From NCBI GenBank assembly GCA_963845085.1, contig CAWJQI010000004.1, forward strand, positions 835,232 through 899,231: a stretch of DNA of 64,000 bases, in the 5' to 3' direction. Of the stretch, positions 21,290-33,480 are shown piece after piece. Position 1 is the stretch's first letter; every line of letters begins with the position of its first letter. Below the pieces are notes generated by a model. It searched no databases. It was not told where the DNA came from and saw nothing but the letters and a program-made list of their open reading frames with translations. The stretch is from Candidatus Fermentibacterota bacterium (GTDB lineage: Bacteria; Fermentibacterota; Fermentibacteria; Fermentibacterales; JCC-6). Position numbers and translations under genes: made by a program.

Positions 21290-21381
21290 AAGGCGCTGCA
21301 AGCTGTACACCCGGCCCGGGGTGTGGTATTTTTGCCGGTCAAGGCAATACTGTCGCTAGCGGATGGGAGATCCTCACCAAC

Positions 21382-22509
21382 ATGAGCAGACTTGCACTCA
21401 TAACCGGCGGCGCCGGTTTCATCGGATCACACCTTGCAGACCTGATGCTTTCCTCGGGCTACAGGGTCAGGGTGCTGGATTCACTTGATCCACAGGTTCA
21501 CGGCGAAGGCCGGTTGCGGCCCGCCTATCTGTCCCCCGACGCAGAGCTCCAGGTCGGTGATGTGAGGGACCACGATGCAGTCGGCAGGGCCCTTGAGGGG
21601 GTCGAGGTCCTTGTTCACTTTGCCGCCGCCGTCGGCGTTGGACAGTCGATGTACGAGATCGAAAGGTACACTTCCATCAACTCCCTCGGTGCCGCCGTCG
21701 TACTTGAAGAGGCACTGAAAAAACGTGACAGCCTTCAACGGATGCTGGTCGCCAGTTCGATGTCGATCTACGGCGAGGGCGCGTACCGCTGTGACGTGTG
21801 CGGACCGGTGAGTCCGGGCCTCAGGCGGCCTGAACAGCTTGCGCGACATGACTGGGAGATGCACTGCCCCCTTTGCGGCCTGACCTGCCATCCCATTCCC
21901 ACCCCGGAGAGCAAACCGCTTGCCCCTACAAGCGTTTATGCCGTTGGCAAACGCGATCATGAAGAGCTTTTCCTTTCAGTGGGCGATGCCTACGGAATTC
22001 CATCGACCGCAATGAGGTTCTTCAATGTTTACGGGGAGAGACAGGCGCTTTCGAACCCCTACACAGGGGTCGGCGCGATTTTTGCCTCGCGCCTTCTCAA
22101 CGGCAACTCCCCTGTTGTATTTGAGGACGGCGGTCAGAGCAGGGATTTCATCCATGTCAGTGACCTTGTGAAGGGCTGCCTTGCAGCGATCGAAAACCCG
22201 GGCGCTCATGGCAGGGTCTTCAACCTCGGAACCGGCAACCAGGTCTCCATCCTCCAGGTTGGACGCGCAATTGCATCCGAGTTGGGAAGGGACGACATTC
22301 CGTTCACCATCCGCAACCAGTTCAGAGCCGGAGACATCAGACACTGTTTCGGGGATGTGTCGCTTGCCGGATCAGTCCTTGGGTTCAAGGCCGCGATACC
22401 CTTCAGCGAGGGTGTTCGTGAACTTTGCAGGTGGGTTCGGGGGCAGACCGCAGTAGACATGGTCGACAAGGCCACCGAGGAGCTTTCCCGAAGGGGTCTT
22501 GCCCGGTGA
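21382..22509 (+). CDS. NAD-dependent epimerase/dehydratase
   Basis: ITGGAGFIGS, YAVGK, FFNVYG, RDFIHV. Confidence 0.93.
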   Translation: MSRLALITGGAGFIGSHLADLMLSSGYRVRVLDSLDPQVHGEGRLRPAYLSPDAELQVGDVRDHDAVGRALEGVEVLVHFAAAVGVGQSMYEIERYTSINSLGAAVVLEEALKKRDSLQRMLVASSMSIYGEGAYRCDVCGPVSPGLRRPEQLARHDWEMHCPLCGLTCHPIPTPESKPLAPTSVYAVGKRDHEELFLSVGDAYGIPSTAMRFFNVYGERQALSNPYTGVGAIFASRLLNGNSPVVFEDGGQSRDFIHVSDLVKGCLAAIENPGAHGRVFNLGTGNQVSILQVGRAIASELGRDDIPFTIRNQFRAGDIRHCFGDVSLAGSVLGFKAAIPFSEGVRELCRWVRGQTAVDMVDKATEELSRRGLAR

Positions 22510-23609
22510 GGAAAAGCATTCTGCTTGATGCCAGGGCCGCACAAAGCATCGCGGACGGTATCACCCGTTTCTCACAGAACCTTTCGACCGCCCTCGGGCT
22601 GCTCCGTCCGGACTGGAAGCTGTCAGTCCTTGTTCATCCCTCCGCCACCGGCCGTTTTGTGCTCCCCGGGCTGGATGTGATCGAATGCCCCGTGCCAAGG
22701 TTCAGGCCGGGGGAGAACGCCAGGATGGCACCCGTTATTCGAGGGTGCAATCCTGATGCCTTCGTGAACTTTTCCATGGCCGGACCAACACCCGGGGGTG
22801 TGCCCACGATCGTGACCATCCACGATCTGATGGTGCTCAGCGTACCATGCTACTTTGGAAACGGGATTATCCGCAACGCCCTCTATCGAAACATTTTCCG
22901 CAGGGTCATCCGCAGAAGCGCGATCCATGCATCCGCCATCGCCGTTCCCAGCCGGGTTACGGAACGCGACATTGGAAGAAGGTTCCCCGATACGGCGGAG
23001 AAGGTGTTCATAACGGGCGAGGGGCAGTCGTTGTTTTCCCCGGGCGAAGGCCGGTGCGAAGGCCGCGAGGATGGGCCGCTGCTCGTAGTGGGTAACGCCA
23101 GGGCGTATAAAAACCTGCCACGGCTTCTGACAGCGTACGGCAGGGTGTGGGCCATGAACAGGGCGATCCCGCCCCTGGTAATGGCCGTGAGAAAGGACAG
23201 GGCATTTCGCGATTTCGAGACCCACCTGTCCACAAATCCCGCAAGGGAGAGCATAACCGTTCGCACCGGGGTATCCGATGCCGAATTGAAGGAACTCTAC
23301 CTTTCGTGCCGTTGCCTTCTTATGCCGTCGGTTTACGAGGGTTTCGGTTTGCCGGCGCTCGAAGCCATGGCTTCCGGTGCGCCCGTCATGGCCTCGAAGG
23401 CCACCTCGCTCGAGGAGGTCGTCGGCGCTGCGGGGCTGCTCGTGAACCCCTATTCCGTAACAGACATCGCAAGGGGCATCGCTGTTGTCTCGAGTGCAAC
23501 GGGGAGCGAACTTGCATGCATGGGCGCGGATGGGATGGCACGGGCCTCGCTTTTCACATGGGAAAAGGCTGCGGCGCGGTATGCGGATGTGCTGGAGGGC
23601 CTCATATGA
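22506..23609 (+). CDS. GT4 (group 1) glycosyltransferase
   Basis: [22 protein letters not shown]. Confidence 0.9.
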   Translation: MRKSILLDARAAQSIADGITRFSQNLSTALGLLRPDWKLSVLVHPSATGRFVLPGLDVIECPVPRFRPGENARMAPVIRGCNPDAFVNFSMAGPTPGGVPTIVTIHDLMVLSVPCYFGNGIIRNALYRNIFRRVIRRSAIHASAIAVPSRVTERDIGRRFPDTAEKVFITGEGQSLFSPGEGRCEGREDGPLLVVGNARAYKNLPRLLTAYGRVWAMNRAIPPLVMAVRKDRAFRDFETHLSTNPARESITVRTGVSDAELKELYLSCRCLLMPSVYEGFGLPALEAMASGAPVMASKATSLEEVVGAAGLLVNPYSVTDIARGIAVVSSATGSELACMGADGMARASLFTWEKAAARYADVLEGLI

Positions 23610-25048
23610 GGGTTTCGGTTGTAAACCCGCCGTTCATGAACGGCAGGTTTTCAAGAACATCACGCTCCCCCGCCATCGTCAAGAGCGGAACGCTCTACTG
23701 GCCCTTCTGGCTTGCATATCTCGTCGGCGGGCTGGAAAGGGCCGGCCATGCCGTGCAGTTCCTGGACTGCCCGGCAGCGGGTGTTACAAGGGAAGCCCTC
23801 CCGAAGCTTATTGAAGGCTTCCACCCGGACATGGTCGTGATCGACACCTCCACCCCCTCCATCAACAGCGATCTCGAGGTGGCGGATGCGGTAAAACAAA
23901 CCCTTCCGGGGGCGAGGCTCATACTGGTGGGCACGCACGTGAGCGCGCTTCCCCTCGAAACGCTCGGACTTGCACCCTTCGTGGATGCGGTGGCGGTTGG
24001 CGAATACGATCTGTCTCTGGTCAGGGCAGCCGGCGGCGAAGACCTCTGCACCATTCCGGGCCTGGCGGTCAACACCGCAGACGGCGCCATTCTCACCGGA
24101 CCGCCTGAGCTTGTGAAAGACCTTGATTCACTGCCCTTTTTGGCTGACGTGTACCTGAGGCACCTGAAGCCCGAGGATTACTTTTTTGCCGCCGCCAGAT
24201 ACCCCAGTGTCATGACCATCACCAGCCGGGGCTGCCCTTTCAAGTGCTCGTTCTGTGTCTGGCCGCAGGTTCTTCACCCGGGCGGCTACAGGGCCAGAAG
24301 CCCCGAAAACGTGGCCCGGGAGTTCAAACTGATCGCCGAATACTTTCCGCAGGTCAGGGAGATCGTTGTGGAGGACGACACGTTCAGTGTCGACAGTGAA
24401 AGGGTTTCCAAAGTGGCCGCAGCCATTGCCGCGAGTGGAAACGCACTTCCCTGGACCGCCAACACCCGGGCCAACCTCTCACTCGAAGCCATGCGCACCA
24501 TGAAGGCTGCCGGTTGCAGAATGCTCATTGTCGGGTATGAATCGGGAAGCCAGGCGATACTCAACGGAGTATCCAAGGGAACCACCGTCGAGCAGAACCT
24601 CGAGTTCGCCGCCAGGGCAAGGAAGGCGGGTCTGCTCGTCCACGGCTGCTTCATGGTCGGAAATCCCGGGGAAACGCACGAGTCGATGGAACAGACCCTT
24701 CGGATGGCCATGAAACTCAGGCCGGACACCGCGCAGTTCTTCCCCATAATGGCCTACCCCGGTACAAGGTTGTTCGAGGAGTACTCCCGTCTCGGGCGGC
24801 TGCGAACTACCGACTACTCACAATGGCTGACCCCCGAGGGGTTGCATAACTGCGTGGTTGACCTTCCCGGTCTCTCCGCCGAAGATCTCGTTGGCTTCTG
24901 CGATCAGGCCAGGAAAAGGTTCTACCTCAGGCCATCCTACATTGGGAGGAAGGTTCTTCAGTCACTCCTTCACCCCGCTACCGAGGGGAAACGGAACCTG
25001 AAGGCGTTCGGTACCTTCCGCAAGCACCTGTTCAGAGGTTCCAGATGA
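23606..25048 (+). CDS. B12-binding radical SAM protein (HpnJ-like)
   Basis: N-terminal cobalamin-binding domain; SRGCPFKCSFC; EDDTF, GYESG, GNPGET. Confidence 0.9.
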   Translation: MRVSVVNPPFMNGRFSRTSRSPAIVKSGTLYWPFWLAYLVGGLERAGHAVQFLDCPAAGVTREALPKLIEGFHPDMVVIDTSTPSINSDLEVADAVKQTLPGARLILVGTHVSALPLETLGLAPFVDAVAVGEYDLSLVRAAGGEDLCTIPGLAVNTADGAILTGPPELVKDLDSLPFLADVYLRHLKPEDYFFAAARYPSVMTITSRGCPFKCSFCVWPQVLHPGGYRARSPENVAREFKLIAEYFPQVREIVVEDDTFSVDSERVSKVAAAIAASGNALPWTANTRANLSLEAMRTMKAAGCRMLIVGYESGSQAILNGVSKGTTVEQNLEFAARARKAGLLVHGCFMVGNPGETHESMEQTLRMAMKLRPDTAQFFPIMAYPGTRLFEEYSRLGRLRTTDYSQWLTPEGLHNCVVDLPGLSAEDLVGFCDQARKRFYLRPSYIGRKVLQSLLHPATEGKRNLKAFGTFRKHLFRGSR

Positions 25049-26439
25049 AGAAGCTTCTTGTGGCCCTCGCCGTGTGTTTCGACTCGACCGCCGTCTTCCT
25101 CGCGATGTTCGTTGCAGGCGTGATCAAATTCAACACCGGTCTCTTCCAGGACACCACGCCGATGGCCCCCCTCATCATCGCATCGGGAAGCATGGCTTCC
25201 GTTCCCTTCTGGATAGCCCTGTTTTTCATCACGGGCATCTACAGGATGAAATGGGATCTTGGCTGGGCGGACGAGATGAGCCAGGTGTTCAAGCAGATCA
25301 CAGGCGGGATTGTACTGCTTTCCCTTGGCGCTTTTCTTGTCAGCCCGACGATATCCGTCGGCAGGTGGGTTTTTTTCGTCTACTACGGGCTTCTGCTGGT
25401 TCTCGTGTTCATGGCGAGGGCGGCCGCGAGGCTTCTTGAAAGGCGCTGGGCAAAACAGGGGCTCATCCGCCGCAACGCCCTTGTCATCGGACTGGGAAAG
25501 AAGGCCGCGGAACTCGTGTCATTCATCGAGGCAAACCGGTCGCTCGGGTACAGCATCGTTGGTTTTGTTGCTCCGCCCGGAACCGACAACGACTCGGGAG
25601 AGGTGGACCGCATAGCAGGCCACATGAACGAACTCGAGAGCCTGATCGAGAAGCATGAGGTCGATGAAATACTGGTCACCATCGCCAGCAATTTTCACGA
25701 CGACATTCTCGGGCTCCTGCTCCCCGCTGCGGGAAGGGGCATCAGGGTGAAAGTGGTGCCGGACCTTTTCGATGTGATCGCGGGCAACGTCCATTCCACA
25801 CAGATACTCGGGCAGCCACTCATGGAACTTCTCCCCGAGCGGCTCAAGAACTGGGAAAAACTTGTAAAGACGGTGATGGATTTCATCATGTGCACGGTTG
25901 TTCTTGTTGCGGGAATGCCGATCTGGCTGCTGATCGCCCTTGCCATAAGGCTGGACAGCCCGGGTCCCGTGTTCTACCGGCAGACCCGCGTCGGCAAGGG
26001 AGGACGTGAGTTCGGCATAGTCAAGTTCCGCAGCATGGTAAGGGATGCCGAAACTGCATCGGGAGCCGTATGGGCCGGGAAAAATGATCCCAGAGTGACG
26101 AAGGTGGGCGCATGGCTCAGAAAGACGAGGCTGGACGAAGTGCCGCAGTTGCTCAACATTCTCGCAGGCAGTATGTCCCTTGTCGGCCCCAGACCGGAGC
26201 GTCCAGAAATAATAAGCAGGCTGAGGCTGGTCTTTCCGTTCTACAACAAGAGGCTGACGATCAAACCCGGTCTCACCGGCTGGGCCCAGGTCAAGCTGGA
26301 GTACGATTCATCCCTTGAGGATGTCGCGGAGAAACTCAAGTACGATTTTTTCTACATCGAAAACCAATCACTGTTTCTTGATATCGAGATCCTGATAAGA
26401 ACGGTGAAAGTCGTGCTCACGGGCGCGGGAGCCCACTGA
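25045..26439 (+). CDS. Undecaprenyl-phosphate sugar phosphotransferase (WcaJ/WbaP family)
   Basis: KFRSM, DPRVT.VG..LRKTRLDEVPQ, GPRPERP, KPGLTGWAQV. Confidence 0.93.
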   Translation: MKKLLVALAVCFDSTAVFLAMFVAGVIKFNTGLFQDTTPMAPLIIASGSMASVPFWIALFFITGIYRMKWDLGWADEMSQVFKQITGGIVLLSLGAFLVSPTISVGRWVFFVYYGLLLVLVFMARAAARLLERRWAKQGLIRRNALVIGLGKKAAELVSFIEANRSLGYSIVGFVAPPGTDNDSGEVDRIAGHMNELESLIEKHEVDEILVTIASNFHDDILGLLLPAAGRGIRVKVVPDLFDVIAGNVHSTQILGQPLMELLPERLKNWEKLVKTVMDFIMCTVVLVAGMPIWLLIALAIRLDSPGPVFYRQTRVGKGGREFGIVKFRSMVRDAETASGAVWAGKNDPRVTKVGAWLRKTRLDEVPQLLNILAGSMSLVGPRPERPEIISRLRLVFPFYNKRLTIKPGLTGWAQVKLEYDSSLEDVAEKLKYDFFYIENQSLFLDIEILIRTVKVVLTGAGAH

Positions 26440-26459
26440 GCCCTGGAAAGGAATCACCG

Positions 26460-27609
<1,150 letters not shown>

Positions 27610-27626
<17 letters not shown>

Positions 27627-27963
27627 CAGTTTTATTCACGCCGCCCGTGGGATCCGGGTGCTTTTTGGCTCACAGGCCAATGCCAGGATTCACGGGGTGG
27701 CACTTGTGCTTGTGGTGGCCGCCGGGTTTGCGGTCGGGCTGACTTTGATTGAATGGGGCATCCTTTCCGTTGCCTCGGCTCTGGTGCTCAGCGCCGAGGC
27801 CATGAACACCGCCCTTGAAAAACTCGCGGACCGGGTCTCCCCTGAAAGGCACCCTCTTGTCAGGGATGCCAAGGATGCCGCAGCTGCTGCGGTGCTGCTT
27901 GCGTCGGTCGGCGCAGCAGTGGTGGGAGCCCTGGTGTTCATTCCGGCGATTCTTCGCCGGTGA
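27610..27963 (+). CDS. dgkA: Diacylglycerol/undecaprenol kinase
   Basis: NARIH, EAMNTALEKLAD, AKDAAAAAV. Confidence 0.88.
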
Positions 27964-27973
27964 TGGGGGAAGA

Positions 27974-29218
27974 ATGATCGACAGAAACCTTCTCCGGAAC
28001 GAACCCGAAAGGGTCAGGCAGGCTGCAGCCGTGCGCAGATGTGCCTGCGGTATCGATGAATGGCTTGCGACCGACAGCAGGCTTCGCGGCCTCTCTTCGG
28101 AAGCCGACGGGCTCAGGGCCCTTCGGAACGAGATGAGCCACAGGGTATCGTCCCTGAAAAAGGCCGGAGAGTCTGCCGACGATGCGATGGAGGAAAGCAG
28201 AAAAGCCGGGGAACGCATCGGGGTCCTCGAGCGTGACATGAAGGCCCTCGAGACGCGTCTTAACGAGATCCTGCTCTCAATTCCGAACATCCCCGATCCC
28301 GACGTACCCATCGGCGGGGAAGACAAGAATCTCGAGGTGCGCCGCTGGGGAGCCCCACCGGTTTTCGATTTTGCCCCGAAACCCCACTGGGAGCTTTTAA
28401 AGGGTGTTTTCGACCCCGAAGCCGCAGGGGAGATAGCAGGGTCGAACTTCATCCTCTTCAGGGGCTGGGCTGCAAGGCTTCAAAGAAAACTGATAAACTG
28501 GATGCTCGACAACCACCATCTGGCAGGAATGGAGGAGGTTTGGCCCCCCTTCCTGGCCTCCAGGGCATCGGTCACGGCGACAGGGCAGCTTCCAAAGCTC
28601 GAAGATGACATGTACAGGCTGGAGAAGGACGATCTCTTCCTGATCCCCACCGGCGAGGTTCCGATAACGAACCTATACAGGGGTGCGCTGCTGTCCGAGT
28701 CTGACCTTCCGGTAAAGCTCTGCGGCTACACTCCCTGTTTCCGCAGGGAGGCGGGCAGCTACGGAAAGGACACACGGGGCCTCAACAGGGTGCACCAGTT
28801 CGAGAAAGTCGAGATGGTATGGATCACCCATCCCGACAAATCCCTGAACGCCCATGAAGAGATGCTTGCCCATGCGGCAAACCTTCTGGAGAGGCTGGGG
28901 CTTCACTACCGGGTTGTTCTGCTTGCATCGGGAGACCTCAGCTTCTCGGCGGCCCGCTGCTATGACCTTGAAATCTGGTCGCCCGGTCAGGAGAAGTGGC
29001 TCGAGGTCTCGTCCGTCTCCAACTTCCATGACTTCCAGGCAAGGAGGGGTGGGATCCGTTTCAGGCCAGGCGGTGGGGGGAAGCCGGGTTTCGTCCATAC
29101 CCTCAACGGCTCGGGTCTTGCCCTGCCAAGGCTGGTTGCCGCCCTCGTTGAGACCTTTCAGAAAGCCGACGGATCAGTTGATCTGGACGGGCTTATGGCG
29201 AGGCTCGTGATCCCATAG
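27974..29218 (+). CDS. serS: Serine--tRNA ligase
   Basis: IPNIPD, LIPTGEVP, FRREAG, RVHQFEKVE, EVSSVSN, HTLNGSGLA. Confidence 0.97.
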   Translation: MIDRNLLRNEPERVRQAAAVRRCACGIDEWLATDSRLRGLSSEADGLRALRNEMSHRVSSLKKAGESADDAMEESRKAGERIGVLERDMKALETRLNEILLSIPNIPDPDVPIGGEDKNLEVRRWGAPPVFDFAPKPHWELLKGVFDPEAAGEIAGSNFILFRGWAARLQRKLINWMLDNHHLAGMEEVWPPFLASRASVTATGQLPKLEDDMYRLEKDDLFLIPTGEVPITNLYRGALLSESDLPVKLCGYTPCFRREAGSYGKDTRGLNRVHQFEKVEMVWITHPDKSLNAHEEMLAHAANLLERLGLHYRVVLLASGDLSFSAARCYDLEIWSPGQEKWLEVSSVSNFHDFQARRGGIRFRPGGGGKPGFVHTLNGSGLALPRLVAALVETFQKADGSVDLDGLMARLVIP

Positions 29219-30328
29219 CAACGTGGGGCCCCTCAGCAACAGCTTCACCATCCCGTGTATCGCAGACGCGCCCATCAGCCAGAAATGGTATGGCATCAAA
29301 AGCGCGGAGGGGAGCCTGTCATGCAGGAAAGCCCCCGATATTGCAAGCAGGTTGAATGCAAGGTACAGCCAGAACAGGGTCTCGTAGAACACACCCGACA
29401 ACCTGAGGACGAACAGGGCGGAAAGAGCGGTCAGCGCAAAGACGCCGATCTGCCAGCGGAGTATCTTGTGCAGCAGAAGTTGAAGGGCCAGCCAGAACCT
29501 GCCGTGGAGCAGCGCCATGAAGAAAAAACGCACAGCCATTCCGAAATACTGCGCCACGATCCTCACCATGCGCCGGTACTGAGATGAATCGGCCTCGGAT
29601 GGTTCCATCGCGACCGCGTGCTCATTGAATACACATCTGTGCCCCTGCATCCTAACCATCACCCCGAGTTCGAAGTCGTCGGCCCTTTTTGGCCCGGCCG
29701 GGCGGTAAAGTTCCTTCCTCAGAGCGAAGACCGCACCCGTTGTTCCCAGCACTGAACCGAGCCGTCCGCAGAGCTTCTTGAGCCATGTTTCGTAGCGCCA
29801 GTAGGAACTCTCGCAGGTTTCCACGAGAAGGCTGTTCCGGCGTGATCCATCGACGCAGCCGACCGAAGGGTCGCAGAACGGTTCAACAAGCCTCGAGACT
29901 GTGTCACTTCTGAACACGGTGTTGGCATCCGTCATGACAAGTATTTCACCCCTGGCCATCTCCTTGAGACTGATCATTATATCTGACTTGCCGACCCTCT
30001 CGGGCGACCTGTGGAGCACTACACCCCTGTCGGCGTAGGCGCTGACGATCTCATCGGTCGCATCTGTGGAGGCATCGGAACCAACGATTATTTCAAGGCT
30101 GTGTGAGGGGTAGTCCTGCGCAAGCAGGTTATCAATCCGTGCCGCAATGCAGCCGGCCTCGTTTCTCGCCGCAATGAGACAGCTGACCTTTGGCGGTGAT
30201 GCGAAGGAACAGGGTTTTCGTTTTCTCACCAGCCCGCCCGCAAGCAGGAGAATGAAAGGGTAGCCCGCCAGGGGAAGGACTATCATTCCCAGGCTGATCC
30301 AGAACGCGTACTCGGCCAGCGTATGCAA
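29174..30328 (-). CDS. GT2 glycosyltransferase (PgaC-like)
   Basis: IAARNE, SDASTD, TDAN, ADDF, flanking TM segments. Confidence 0.88.
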   Translation of the reverse strand: MHTLAEYAFWISLGMIVLPLAGYPFILLLAGGLVRKRKPCSFASPPKVSCLIAARNEAGCIAARIDNLLAQDYPSHSLEIIVGSDASTDATDEIVSAYADRGVVLHRSPERVGKSDIMISLKEMARGEILVMTDANTVFRSDTVSRLVEPFCDPSVGCVDGSRRNSLLVETCESSYWRYETWLKKLCGRLGSVLGTTGAVFALRKELYRPAGPKRADDFELGVMVRMQGHRCVFNEHAVAMEPSEADSSQYRRMVRIVAQYFGMAVRFFFMALLHGRFWLALQLLLHKILRWQIGVFALTALSALFVLRLSGVFYETLFWLYLAFNLLAISGAFLHDRLPSALLMPYHFWLMGASAIHGMVKLLLRGPTLLWDHEPRHKPVQIN

Positions 30329-30424
30329 AAGATCCTTCCGACGGTATCGGCGAGTGTCCGGGTATCTTAATCACTTCACCGGCGCGTTACAACCACCCTT
30401 GAGGGTGGTGTGCAGCGGGTACAA

Positions 30425-31231
30425 TCAGAGCCTGTAGCTCCCCATCACGCCTTGCTGCATGTAGCTGCAGCTCTCGAAACCTGCGTTCGTGAGCATCCTG
30501 CGCCCCTCTTCCAGACCGTAGAACACCCACGGGTCTCCGTGTGTGTCTGAACCGAGGGTGACCAGCGATCCGCCGAGTGACCTGTAGAGCTCCAGAACGG
30601 CGACGGTGGGGTATGTCAGGTGCTCCTTCCGCCGGAGACCGGAGGTGTTCAACTCAAGAATCACTCCGTGCGCGATCAGTCTGCCGAGAACATCCTGAAC
30701 GAGACCAGGGCAGAACACGGTTTCATCGAACGAGGGGTCGAGCCCCGCCATGGCCATGCCCCGTCTGAACAGGCCGAGGTGTGCAAGCACATGAAAAGCC
30801 GGTTCGGAGAGCATTTCAAGCGTTGTGCGGTAGTACCGTTCCACCAGTGCCTGCACCGACGTCGTCCGGAAAGCCTCGGGCTCAAGAATCAGCGCCCCCT
30901 CGATCCAGTGAAGGGCTCCGGTTACGAAGTCGTAGCCTTTTCCGCCAATTGCATCAAGTGCTTTACGGCCGTACAGATGCGGTTCGCCAACCTCGACACC
31001 CCGCAGTATGGTCAGTTCAGGCGCAAGCCTTCTTGCTTCCTCGATCGAAGCGGTGTACCTGTCCCCATTGAAGAAACCGGTGCAGAAGTCATCGGGATGA
31101 AAATCAAGATGGGCGACGAACCCTATTCCACGCAGACCCGCTGCACTCGCACGGCTCGAAAGCTCGCACTCCGACAGGGATGCATCAGGTGAGTTCGTGG
31201 TGTGCACATGCATGTCGAGGAGGGGGGACAT
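30425..31231 (-). CDS. PHP-domain histidinol-phosphatase family protein
   Basis: DMHVHT, GVEVG, LAHL, ELNTSG, GSDTH. Confidence 0.88.
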   Translation of the reverse strand: MSPLLDMHVHTTNSPDASLSECELSSRASAAGLRGIGFVAHLDFHPDDFCTGFFNGDRYTASIEEARRLAPELTILRGVEVGEPHLYGRKALDAIGGKGYDFVTGALHWIEGALILEPEAFRTTSVQALVERYYRTTLEMLSEPAFHVLAHLGLFRRGMAMAGLDPSFDETVFCPGLVQDVLGRLIAHGVILELNTSGLRRKEHLTYPTVAVLELYRSLGGSLVTLGSDTHGDPWVFYGLEEGRRMLTNAGFESCSYMQQGVMGSYRL

Positions 31232-31233
31232 CC

Positions 31234-31896
31234 TCAGTAACTCACCCCGATGCCGACGAGGACCATGCTCCACCTCAGGTCGAGAGGTATGGCGAATTCA
31301 AATGTCAGCTTGTCAGGGATCCAGGTTTCCCTTGATGTTCCCGCCAGTGAATATGCGGCTCCGGCCCTGAGGCAGTGGTAGAAGCCGTCCTCCATCTCGG
31401 ACCAGTCCCAGTCGCCGGACTGATCCTCGGGAATGTTTATCACATCGGGTCCGTAACCGGCGTCCCAGGCGCCGTACACCTCGAGACCGGTGCCAAGGAG
31501 ATAGCTGGCCGCGATGGAACCCCTGCCGCCGATCACCTTCGCCGGGATGACATAGTTGGCGCCGGCAGTTACCGACACTGCCTCCCTGGTTTCCGTTCCA
31601 AGCAGCGCCACCCTCACCTGGGGGCCCACCCCGTAGCCGTAGGCTGACAACCCGAGGTCGATCCCCTTCGCAGCTCCGGTCATGAAGCAGAAGGAAGGGC
31701 TGATCGGGATGTCGTCCTCCCCCGATGCGTCGGCATTTCTGCGGTCGTCACTGCTGAGGTACGCAGGGAGCCCGACACCTCCGGAGATGGACATTTCGTT
31801 TTCACCGAGCGTGCGCGCTCCCTGCATGGAACCGTAGTAGCAGCCCGTGCACAACAAGGAAAGCACAATGGATGCGTTCAGAACCTTTGAAATCAC
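31234..31896 (-). CDS. Hypothetical lipoprotein (possible beta-barrel)
   Basis: LLCTGC lipobox-like motif; QGARTL; C-terminal GIGVSY. Confidence 0.6.
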   Translation of the reverse strand: MISKVLNASIVLSLLCTGCYYGSMQGARTLGENEMSISGGVGLPAYLSSDDRRNADASGEDDIPISPSFCFMTGAAKGIDLGLSAYGYGVGPQVRVALLGTETREAVSVTAGANYVIPAKVIGGRGSIAASYLLGTGLEVYGAWDAGYGPDVINIPEDQSGDWDWSEMEDGFYHCLRAGAAYSLAGTSRETWIPDKLTFEFAIPLDLRWSMVLVGIGVSY

Positions 31897-31973
31897 GTTT
31901 TCCCCCTCTCCCCACCCGTATATTATTCTGCATTGGGAAGGATCAGCCAATCCGGATGAAAAGGGGGCGGAAC

Positions 31974-32627
31974 ATGAATACGAAGTGTGCAGCCATGCTT
32001 CTTTCGGGGTGCGGTGTCAAGGATGGAACGGAGATCCATGAAGCGGTCTCTGCGTTGATCGCCCTTGAGCAGGGTGGCTTCCGGGTGGTTTTCATCGCCC
32101 CGGACGTACTCCAGGCCAGGTCACACAACCATCAGACCGGGACGAAGGAGCAGCCCAGGGCGGTTCTGGCCGAGGCGGCAAGGATAGCGAGGGGGGCTGT
32201 GACACCCGTCAGCGGTTTTGATATCAGTAAGATCGACGTTCTTGTCATTCCCGGTGGACTCGGCGCAGCAACAACACTGTGCGACTTCAGTGAAAAGGGT
32301 GCGCACTGCACGGTGCTTCCCGAGGTGGCAGGGCTTGTTTCTTCCGTCCATTCCAGGGGGATCCCCATCGCCGCCATGTGCATAGCGCCAGTGATCCTTG
32401 CACGCTGCATCCCGGGCGTGACCCTGACGGTCGGCAGCCGTTCCGATACCAGCAGGGCGCTCGAAGCCATGGGAGCCGTTCACGAGGAATGCGAAGTTGA
32501 CCAGGCCGTGGTCGATGTGGACAACAGGGTTGTCACCACGCCCGCCTACATGCTTGCGGACGGTCCGCTTCAGGTGTTCAGGGGAGCAGAGAGCATGGTG
32601 GAGGGGATCAATTCTCTGCTCGGTTGA
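31974..32627 (+). CDS. elbB: Isoprenoid biosynthesis glyoxalase ElbB (DJ-1 family)
   Basis: LSGCGVKDGTEIHEAV, EAARIARG, PGGLGA, CIAP, VTTPAYM. Confidence 0.93.
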   Translation: MNTKCAAMLLSGCGVKDGTEIHEAVSALIALEQGGFRVVFIAPDVLQARSHNHQTGTKEQPRAVLAEAARIARGAVTPVSGFDISKIDVLVIPGGLGAATTLCDFSEKGAHCTVLPEVAGLVSSVHSRGIPIAAMCIAPVILARCIPGVTLTVGSRSDTSRALEAMGAVHEECEVDQAVVDVDNRVVTTPAYMLADGPLQVFRGAESMVEGINSLLG

Positions 32628-33345
32628 CCTTTCCGACCGGAGCCATGTAAACAACGAATTCGTCAGTGCCGTCCAGCGAGCACATGGCGTCGGCCAGCTC
32701 CTGGTCGTAGGCGCCTATCGCACATGTTCCGGCATTCACTGCCTCCACGGCAAGGTACAGGTTTTCGCAGGCATGGCCGGCATCAAGTGCGACAAGCTTC
32801 GTTGAGACGGGGCCGTAGCGCCACTCCGTTCTGTATGGGATGGCTGTCCAGATGAAAACGACCGACGAATTCCCGCAGAACTCCTGACCCAGGCATGCAG
32901 CGGTCATTTCATCAGGCGTGGGCACTACCCCCTCGAAGGCCAGGGCATCATCAAGAGGCATGTACCTGTACAACCCGGGTGCCAAACCATTCACTCGGAA
33001 CACCGCCAGAAGGGTGTCGAGTGGATGACGGGCGCCAGCGGAGGGAACGGCCCTGAGGGTTACGGTGCCCCCTCCCTGCCGCTGAACCGTCTTCCTCACG
33101 CCTGCAACGGATCGGACGAGCCATGAAAGCTCCTCAAGCGAAAGCGGATCAGGCAGGAACGACCGGCGGCTTGCGCGGCCAGAAACTGCATCCTGAAGCG
33201 TAACGGCGTAGGTGCCGGATCGTGCCAGCGGGATGAGCTCTCCGCTGTGGCCGGGTTGTACGGGGGGCATGGGAATTCCCCGGCTCTGATCGCTGGTGAA
33301 GCTTTCAAGGGCCTTCCAGCCCGATCTGAGAATGTCCCTGTTCAC
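32608..33345 (-). CDS. SagB/ThcOx-type nitroreductase
   Basis: SDQSRG, RASRRSF, PSAGARHP, LDAGHACENL; GTG start with GGAG RBS. Confidence 0.88.
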   Translation of the reverse strand: MNRDILRSGWKALESFTSDQSRGIPMPPVQPGHSGELIPLARSGTYAVTLQDAVSGRASRRSFLPDPLSLEELSWLVRSVAGVRKTVQRQGGGTVTLRAVPSAGARHPLDTLLAVFRVNGLAPGLYRYMPLDDALAFEGVVPTPDEMTAACLGQEFCGNSSVVFIWTAIPYRTEWRYGPVSTKLVALDAGHACENLYLAVEAVNAGTCAIGAYDQELADAMCSLDGTDEFVVYMAPVGKVNRAEN

Positions 33346-33480
33346 GACTGCTCCAGACTGTTTGATGGTTGCCGACACTTCTACAGGGGTCAGGCCGATT
33401 GTGCGGCTCATTCCATTTGGTGTCAAGGCATTGTTTGCGTATATTTCATGAAACTTTTCCAATTCAGATCCGGGAGCACA

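Noticed and set aside
32608..33345. SagB-like gene as part of a RiPP (azole) cluster
   Set aside because: No YcaO, precursor peptide or transporter is nearby; stand-alone SagB-type nitroreductases are common in anaerobes.
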